Below, one piece after another: positions 56,049-64,000 of a DNA stretch of 64,000 nucleotides (the stretch's first letter is position 1; each line of letters begins with the position of its first letter). A program made the position numbers and the translations under genes. This DNA is from Octopus sinensis (Eukaryota). The notes below the pieces were generated by a model. The model ran no database searches and had not been told where the DNA came from. It saw nothing but the letters and a program-made list of their open reading frames with translations. Where the stretch lies: assembly GCF_006345805.1 (NCBI RefSeq), contig NC_043012.1, positions 52,576,001 through 52,640,000 of the forward strand, written 5' to 3'.

Positions 56049-56091
<43 letters not shown>

Positions 56092-56150
56092 TATACTCAT
56101 TCATAAATATGCATGCATAAATACATACACACATGCACACATACACGCAA

Positions 56151-56208
<58 letters not shown>

Positions 56209-58876
56209 GTGTGTGTGTATGCCCAATGTCCATTTGTGTGTGAGTGGCTTTGTCTTGAGGCGCCAGTTGTTGTGTTCCACAAATATTGGATCTAAAGCAC
56301 ATCTCTTATAGAAACATGATGAGACACTGAGAAGGTAAGAGATCAGAGGTTATCTTCAATGAACAACCAAGATTTTGAGTTGAGATCATCTACTCGACTT
56401 TCTTACCTCCAAAGTCACAATTTACTGTAGCTGCCATTTTGTCTGTTGGATGGGTTACCGGAAATGCGTATTGCATTCGATATTGGAGATCCTTTTCCTC
56501 ATGCATGTTTTAGCTTTGTGTTATTGTTTTTTTTCCTTGTGTTTTCTATTTTTTGTCTATTTTCGCGTTCGTTATTGATACTGCTATTTTATTTTATTTT
56601 ATGATTGTTTTTCATTTCTGTGAAAACCAAAGTTAGTCAATTTAGAAATGTTGATTCCATTTCCTTCTGTGAGATAACTCCCTTTTTTTTTTCGCCTTTA
56701 AAGTTTATATTTAGTTTTATAATATTTTTCTTTCTGTTCAACGATAGCTACAGAGTAGAGAAAATAAAATCGCATACACACACACACAATGAGGCACGTA
56801 TATTCACATACACGAATACAGGTGCATACAACAATACTTACATATAAACTGTTACACATATTCACGTGCATACATATAAATATAAAATATATATTTGAAA
56901 ACAAAAACATGCAACACCTCAGCGAAACACTAACACAAACACATACATACATTTTGTGTAAATACGCGTGAGTATTTAGATCCATATATACAAAGCTATG
57001 CGCATACATGGACATACGTATGTGCACAAACATGCGTGCACAATCACATACGTTCACATGAACACACGTACATATATGAGTATGTATGCATGTCTATATG
57101 TACTTGTGTGAGTGTGTGCTTGTGCGGGCGGGTTTATGTGAGGCCATGAAGACGTTTTACATGTTTTGCAAAGTGATTGGATATGAAATTGAAACAAAAT
57201 AGTTTTATCCTCTTGGATTCATGGCATTCATTGTTTTAAACAAAGCAACATACACATGCACACTCTTTCTCTCATTTCTATCTCTCCTCTCTCTCTCTCT
57301 CTCTCTCGCACACACACACACACACACACATGCACACACAGAGAAGCAAACATATGTATACCAAACACGTACGTACCGTTAAATTAACCTGGGTCTTACT
57401 TTGTAATAGTATATACTATGGTATTAAGCGTCACAACATTTACTTTGTAATAGTATACGATATGCTATTAAATGTCGCGTCATTTTGTCCTATGTCTATG
57501 ACCAGGTCACTGACACTCTTTTCCATTTCTAGAGGTACAAGAGAGAAACAGCCTTCAAAAATAAATGGAATGAAACAAAAATAATAGAAGATATATAAGT
57601 ATAAACCTAACTTAGAGTAAAGGAGGAAAGAGATGAACTCACGAACTGCTTTACTTTCTTTACGGTTTCATTATTATTCTCCAGCTCTTCCGAACATAAT
57701 TTGAGCTTTACAAAATATAATTGCAGATTGGCTGGTTAACGGAGAGCAGAGTACATATTCAAGATTTGATAAATAGAGTGGATAAATACTAGGTCTAGTA
57801 AATACACATATGGAATATATCAAGGCTAAGAAGAGTAAAAGTGGTTGTAAATATCGCGCCGAATTAATATTTCTAAAATGGATCTGGAAGCGGTAACAAG
57901 AACAGATGACGTAAGGTGGGACACGAAATCAAGAAAATTCCATACAGTAAAATATATACGAGGTATATAAATATATGTATGGATTATGCAGAGGCTGAGA
58001 ACGGTAAAAATTATGTGCAATTATGCTGACGAAACTATTTTCTTCAGTGAAATAGATCTGGAAACGGAAACTAAAAGGTAAATACAATAACTACCAATGT
58101 ACAGGAAACAGAATATGGACGAATGGTATAATGCATTTTTATACGTTACTACTTATTGCTTTTTCCATATAACCATATGTTCTGTTCATTGGCGAACAGC
58201 ATTCCTTCTCGTATAATATTCAAGATTTTGAAAACATTTCTATGCAGTTTGTGATACGATATATTCTACAATAGCTGTAGATTTATATTTATCTGATAAA
58301 AATCTTTAGTTTTTTCTTTACTTTTATGACACAGAATTTAAATTTTATGTAAATATTTTTGTATCTATAAAATCAAGACGTATCATTAAAATACATGTCT
58401 GACTTATTTTATTCCAATTATCTATTCACAAATATTAATTCGAACTGGCGTATTTCTCGTCTTTTTTTCTCCCCGTGAGGTTGTAAAATAACTACAGTAA
58501 AAGCAACAGGAGGTGGCGCACGAAGTTTCACCGCAGCGTCGACGTACCAACTACTTAGTCAGCTCGGAATCAAGTCAAAAGAAAAGCGAACATGAACTAT
58601 TTGTAAGAGATAACTGAGAAAAGCTCAATGCATTAATGAACAAAAAAGGAATGGTAGATGGAACTGAAAAGATATACAACAGCGTCACTAAAAATGTAAG
58701 AAGAATATAACCCAGTTTGAGACAATGCAACTTCATGCGGTGGCCTGTGTGGCCGAGCAATAACCTCTTCCAAAAGTTCCGAGTTCAATCTCAATTGAAG
58801 GTGGCATTTAAGTAACAGCAGGAGTCAATACCTAAGTGGACCCGTCGTCTTTAGAGTGTTAGAAACTAATGGGATG

Positions 58877-59282
58877 AAGGCGGCGAGCTGGCACAAAAGT
58901 TAGCACGCCGGGCGAAATGCGTAGCCGTATTTCGTCTGCCATTATGTTCTGAGTTCAAATTCCGCCGAGGTCGACTTTGGCTTTCATCCTTTCGGGGTCG
59001 ATAAATTAAGTACCAGTTACGCACTGGGGTCGATATAATCGACTTAATCCGTTTATCTGTCCTTGTTTGTCCCCTCTGTGTTTAGCCCCTTGTGGGTAGT
59101 AAAGAAATAGGTATTTCGTCTGCCGTCACGTTCTGAGTTCAAATTCCGCCGAAGTTGACTTTGCCTTTCATCCTTTCGGGGTCGATAAATTAAGTACCAG
59201 TTACGCACTGGGGTCGATGTAATTGACTTAATCCCTTTGTCTGTCCTTATGTGTTTAGCCCTTTGTGGGCAATAAAGAAATA
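58877..59282 (+). mobile_element. Dimeric family A SINE (full monomer plus 5'-truncated monomer) with an 18-bp TSD
   Basis: AGAAACT(A/G)ATGGGATGAA at 58861-58878 and 59283-59300. Both monomers end in the GCCC..GTGGG(T/C)A(G/A)TAAAGAAATA tail. Confidence 0.88.
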
Positions 59283-59859
59283 AGAAACTGATGGGATGAA
59301 ACAACTGTTTTACGAGAGTTCTTCCTCTGAAGATTTTTTTTAATGTCCACTCGTTCTGTGGCGATTTTCTGTTCACCAGCAGTAGATTATTTAGCTGATA
59401 ACAACTCAGCCGACTAAAACACCTACCTTGAAACCTGGATAACTAGTTCCTCATAAAATATAAAGAAAATGAATTTCGTATGTCAAAATGTTCATCGAAT
59501 TCGTTTATGGATTTATTTTAATTTAATATAAAATGAGTGAAAAGTTAATTGAATTGACTGTAGAATATACTTTAAAAAAATATCGGAACTCATCTGCATT
59601 TTATCCTTTCTCTGAGATAACTGAAATAAATACTTTTTCATAGTTAAGTGAATAAAAGCATTCTTAATGTTTCAAGCATAGAAATACCAAAAGTAATATC
59701 CTATATATTTTAAATGGTATTAATTACTGTCTAATATCATTTGTTCCCCGATAAGCATGGGAAATAACTTCTGAAGCCATTTCACTCATAATGAAAATCA
59801 ACTGTGGAAGTATAAGCTTACCATAACCGCCAAAATGTTAATGCTTTAAACACAAAACA

Positions 59860-61150
59860 CCAGGTCATCCCATAAGTTCTGTCCGAATTTTGAATAAAGA
59901 AAACAAGCGATCAAATGTTATATTTAATTGAAATTTAATCATCAATGTACTTTCCCTGATCATCTATGACTTCCTTCCATCTATTTACAAGCTTTTTAAT
60001 CCCATCAATGTAAAACGGTTTTGGTTTCAAAGCGAAGAACTCTGAAATGTCAGTTTCGACCTCCTCCTGGCTTGCGAAAGTTATGTCCCCCAAATGATTC
60101 TGTAAACTACGAAACAAATGGCATTCTGAAGGCGCATGGTCGGGAGAATAAGGTGGATGAGGAATTTTTTTTCCAACCAAGATCTTCGATCTTCTATGAT
60201 GTGATATTTTCAGTGTGGGGTCGCGCATTGCCCTGATGAAACATCATACCTTTTCGATTCACTAAAGCGGGTCTTTTTTTCTTCAAAGCTTGATTCAAAC
60301 GCTCTAATTACTGACAGTAGACTTGAGCATTGATTGTTGCATTAGGTGGTAACAATTCAAAGTAAATTACTCCTTTGCAATCCCACCAGATAGAGAGAAG
60401 AACCTTTTTCCCATGAAGTTCCCTTCACGGTTGTGGTTGAGTTTTTTTCCCTTTTACCAAGCCACTATTTACGACATTTAACATTTCGAAAAAAGATCCA
60501 CTTTTCGTCACCAGTCACAAGTCTATTCAAAAAGGGTGAAATGAGTTCGCGAGAATGGAGAGGAGAGCAGATGTCAACTCGGTATTTGCGGTTGCTTTTG
60601 GACAATTCACGGGGCACCCATTTTCCAAGTTTAGGAACCTTTCCAGGTTGTTGAAGATAACGATGAACAGTTGTATGGTTTTAACTAAGCTTTATTGCCA
60701 ATTCTTCAACTGATAATGCAGGATTTTCTTCAAGTAATGCTTCAAGGTGCTTATTAGCAAACTCAACTGAACGCCCTGTTCGATCTTCAGTTTCAAAGCT
60801 GAAATCTTCAATTACTGAATTTTGCAAACCATCTTCTGCAAGTTCATTCATTCAATCATTTTTTCCCATAAACTGAGTGTATGTTTCGAGTCGTTTCGGC
60901 TGCAGAGTTTCCTTTTTTGTACTCATAAAGTATTATGTGCCTTAAATGCTCTTTGGATACTTCCATATTAGAAATGGTTTTTATCAAAGACATTTTAATT
61001 CTATTATTCTGTAAAATAATACTTAATTATTTTAAATGTACACAAATGCATAAAAATAATTTTTAATTCCATTAGACATTCTAAAATACTATTAAATTTC
61101 ATTCAATTTAAAAAAAGGTAAAATCGGACAGAACTTATGGGATGACCTGA
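59860..61150 (-). mobile_element. Full-length (~1.29 kb) mariner DD34D transposon, degraded
   Basis: ~30-bp TIRs CAGGTCATCCCATAAGTTCTGTCCGA at both ends, TA at 61151-61152. Transposase motifs WIVTGDEKW, HQGNARPH and PHPPYSPDHAPSECHLF. Confidence 0.92.
59935..60966 (-). pseudogene. Mariner transposase, multiple stops and frameshifts
   Basis: ATG at 60966 (MEVSKEHLRHIILYEYKKG); stop at 59935 (..GKYIDD). Confidence 0.85.
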
Positions 61151-63144
61151 TAAATATTATACAAAATCGTATAATATCCTATCGTATATTATTGTCTCTC
61201 CAGTTTGCTCGGTTTGGTTTTAAAAGTTTACGAAAATCTTCAGTGTAAAGTACTTAAGATTAAGTAGTAGACTCTCTCATTCGGCAGGCGACTATTTTAT
61301 CTTAATAAGCTAAGTCCAAAAGCATTCGGGTTTGTCTCCCTCGCTCGTTCAAAGAATAATGATAGCTAATATACGATAGGTAATATATCCTTGTCAGTGG
61401 ATATAATTCACTGTAGTTATTTTTGATATTGAAAATCTGAAAAAAAAAATGGTTAAATTCCACATATTAGGTAAATATATGGTTGGCACCCCTTTGTAAT
61501 TAAATCATCATATCATATGTTATCTAGCGATACTTGAATGTGTTTTTCTACAAACATTATATAACAACTTGTTACTACATAGAAATAAGCTATACTTCCG
61601 TTGATGAACCTAAAAATTTGGAAATTTTTGGAGTTGTAAATTTTGAGTGATGCGTTGCAGTGGAGAAATATTTTTAAGACGGCTAAACAACGTTGGGTTT
61701 TGGCAGCATATTTGCAAAGGTTGACCTGCAGTTTTTATGTTCTTTGCCAGTCCAGTGAGAATAGTAATGTGAATACACTTGAATTTCTCTTTTCACACGT
61801 GCAAATTGCTATCCCTGTTACTTGAAGATAAACATATGCTAGTGGTATTGGGGCTTTTATAAGGTAGTAGTATTAAAAGAAGAAATATGGGCAAAGTTAC
61901 ATTCTGAGAGATGAAGAACACCAGAGTTGGCAAGAGAATTACTAAGAGTGTGGGGCTGATCTGACGAGCCATAGAACCAACTAGTTCAGAATAGAAGCAG
62001 TTAAAATGGAAAAAAATCTTTGTCTTATTTGTGACAGAGTCGTATTCGCGAGTGAATATTTATAAATGAGTGAAATGCCTGTTTTTTTAATCACTGTTCT
62101 TCGTATGCATCGAAGCAGTAGCATTGTAGATATGTAAACAATACTGCAAGGGTAATATATTCTGAGATCTGCAGAAAGATAGAAAGTGACCAAGGTGTAA
62201 AGGTATTATTGGCGCTAAAAGGGAACCGCAATTGTCGTGATGCAGTGTTTAGCCATGTTGTATATGTAAAGTGAGTATGAGAGCGCTTCGGAGTTAACGA
62301 GGCTAAAATTTGCACCAAATTAGAGGGTTTTTTTAGGCGTTGTTAATCACTAGAGTGTATTACCTACATGTTTGTATATTTGGTGTGTGTAGTGATCGTG
62401 GGGCACTGGAATGAATAAAAAGAACAAAAACACAACGACTGACAGGATTCAAGCCGCCAATCTATCCCTTACAGGGCTGCAGGATTATCGATTACCTTTC
62501 GGAGATCCAATACATGTGCGGTTACGTATATTTATATATGGGTTTGCACGAATACGTCTCGCTGTGCGTCTGTGTGCTGTGTATTTGTGCATGTGTTAGT
62601 GTGTATCTGTATGTGTGTGTGTGTACGTATTGTTGTGCATCTGTATGGTGTGTGTACGTATGAGTATGTGTGTGTGAGCGTGTATGGGTGCCTGTATATT
62701 TCAGTGCCTGTTTGTTTATGAGTCAGGATGTGTGTGTGTGGTAAAAGTAATGCCGATTGCTAAGCGTGTGTTCTGTTGGGGGATGTTGACTGTAAATATG
62801 TTCCAACTGAATCAGCCGATACCATTCATTAACAAAGCCAAACCATTGATCAGTAGAGTTAATACTTGGCCTTTACAGGTGTTATTAATGGAACTCACTC
62901 ATTGCAACACTGCACTGTCATAAATTGTCCTAAACACAACTGACATGGCACAGCTCAAATAGTCTCATTCTCACTGTGCACCCACTCTGCAAGCGTGCTC
63001 TCTCGCGCGCGCGTGTGTGGGTGTTTGTCTCTGAGTGTGTGTGCGTGTGTGTGCGTGCGTGTGTGTGTGTGTGTGTGTGTGTGCGTGTGTGTGTGTGTGT
63101 TACTCTTTCTGCTCTTCCTTATCTATCTGATACACTCTTTCACT

Positions 63145-63149
63145 ATCTG

Positions 63150-63181
<32 letters not shown>

Positions 63182-63640
63182 ACTAACTATCTATCTAACT
63201 ACCTATCTATCTAACTATATATCTATCTATCTATCTAACTATCTATCTATCTAACTATATATCTATCTATCTATCTATCAATCTAACTATCTATCTAACT
63301 AAGTACCTATCTATCTAACTATATATATATATATCAATCTAACTATCTATCTAACTACCTTTCTATTTAACTATATATCTATCTAATCTATCTAACTATC
63401 TAACTATCTCTCTATCAATCTAACTATCTATCTAACTACCTATCTATCTAACTATCTATCTAACTAACTATCTAACTAACTATTTAACTATCTATCAATC
63501 TAACTATCTATCTAAGTATCTATCTATATAACTATATATCTATCTATTTAACTATCTATCTATCTATCAATCTAACTATCTATCTATCTAACTATCTATC
63601 TAACCATCTATCTATTTAACTATCTATCTATCTGTCAATG
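63145..63640. repeat. (CTAT)n/(CTAA)n mixed microsatellite
   Basis: Direct reading. Confidence 0.9.
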
Positions 63641-63659
63641 TATGCATTTACTTATCAAG

Positions 63660-63807
63660 CGTGTCTCTGTCGTAAGTAGCTTGCTGCCCAACCGAATGGT
63701 TCCGGGTTCAGTATCTCTGCGTGAAACCGTGGGCAAGTGACTTCTACAATAGCCTTATGAATGTATTTGGTAGACGGAATCTGAAATAATCACGTCGTAT
63801 GTGTGTA

Positions 63808-63850
<43 letters not shown>

Positions 63851-63852
63851 TG

Positions 63853-63884
<32 letters not shown>

Positions 63885-64000
63885 TGTGTGTCTTTGTCTA
63901 TGTTTGCTTCCCCATAACCCTTTGATAACCGGTGTAGGTGTGTTATCGTCCCTGTCACCTTACAGTTCGCAAAAGAAACCGATAGAATAAGTAATCAGCT
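63660..64000 (+). mobile_element. Family D SINE, cut by the window end
   Basis: GTAAGTAGCTTGC..GGTTCCGGGTTCAG..GGGCAAGTGACTTCTAC..GGTAGACGGAA..GATAACCGGTG..CCGATAGAATAAGTA. Confidence 0.8.

Noticed and set aside
58440-58860. GC-richer island with a weak tRNA-like stretch
   Set aside because: Could not be matched to any repeat family in the window or to a protein motif, so left unassigned.
61840-62340. CTGACGAG at ~61960 as a second hammerhead core
   Set aside because: No stem II followed by GAAA.

Overview
AT-rich, microsatellite-saturated eukaryotic intergenic or intronic DNA. The repeat content suggests an octopod cephalopod; this is inferred from recalled SINE-like families, not from a search. 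No host gene could be supported. Almost all ORFs in the supplied track are translations of (TA)n, (CA)n, (GATA)n or trinucleotide repeats, or antisense shadows of transposon ORFs. Recognisable content: three Tc1/mariner-superfamily transposase relics plus an internally deleted mariner, a piggyBac-type MITE, RTE and R4/Dong LINE fragments, Penelope-like remnants with a degenerate hammerhead, many tRNA-derived SINEs, and a 4.5-kb Tx1/L1-clade LINE sitting in a (GATA)n tract. The standout is a 1.75-kb retroposon at 21963-23713 that encodes only an intact 473-aa ORF1 (RRM-like region plus CCHC knuckle), with no endonuclease or reverse transcriptase. It has an 11-bp target-site duplication (TSD). 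A second, diverged, 5'-truncated copy sits at the same nick, and the differences between the copies are biased to synonymous sites. Its ORF1 is homologous to ORF1 of the Tx1 LINE 20 kb away. Its ~50-nt 3' tail is shared with that LINE and with a tRNA-derived SINE. Together these suggest a three-tier LINE / half-LINE / SINE system built on one 3' recognition signal. All alignments and counts were done by eye and need computational confirmation.
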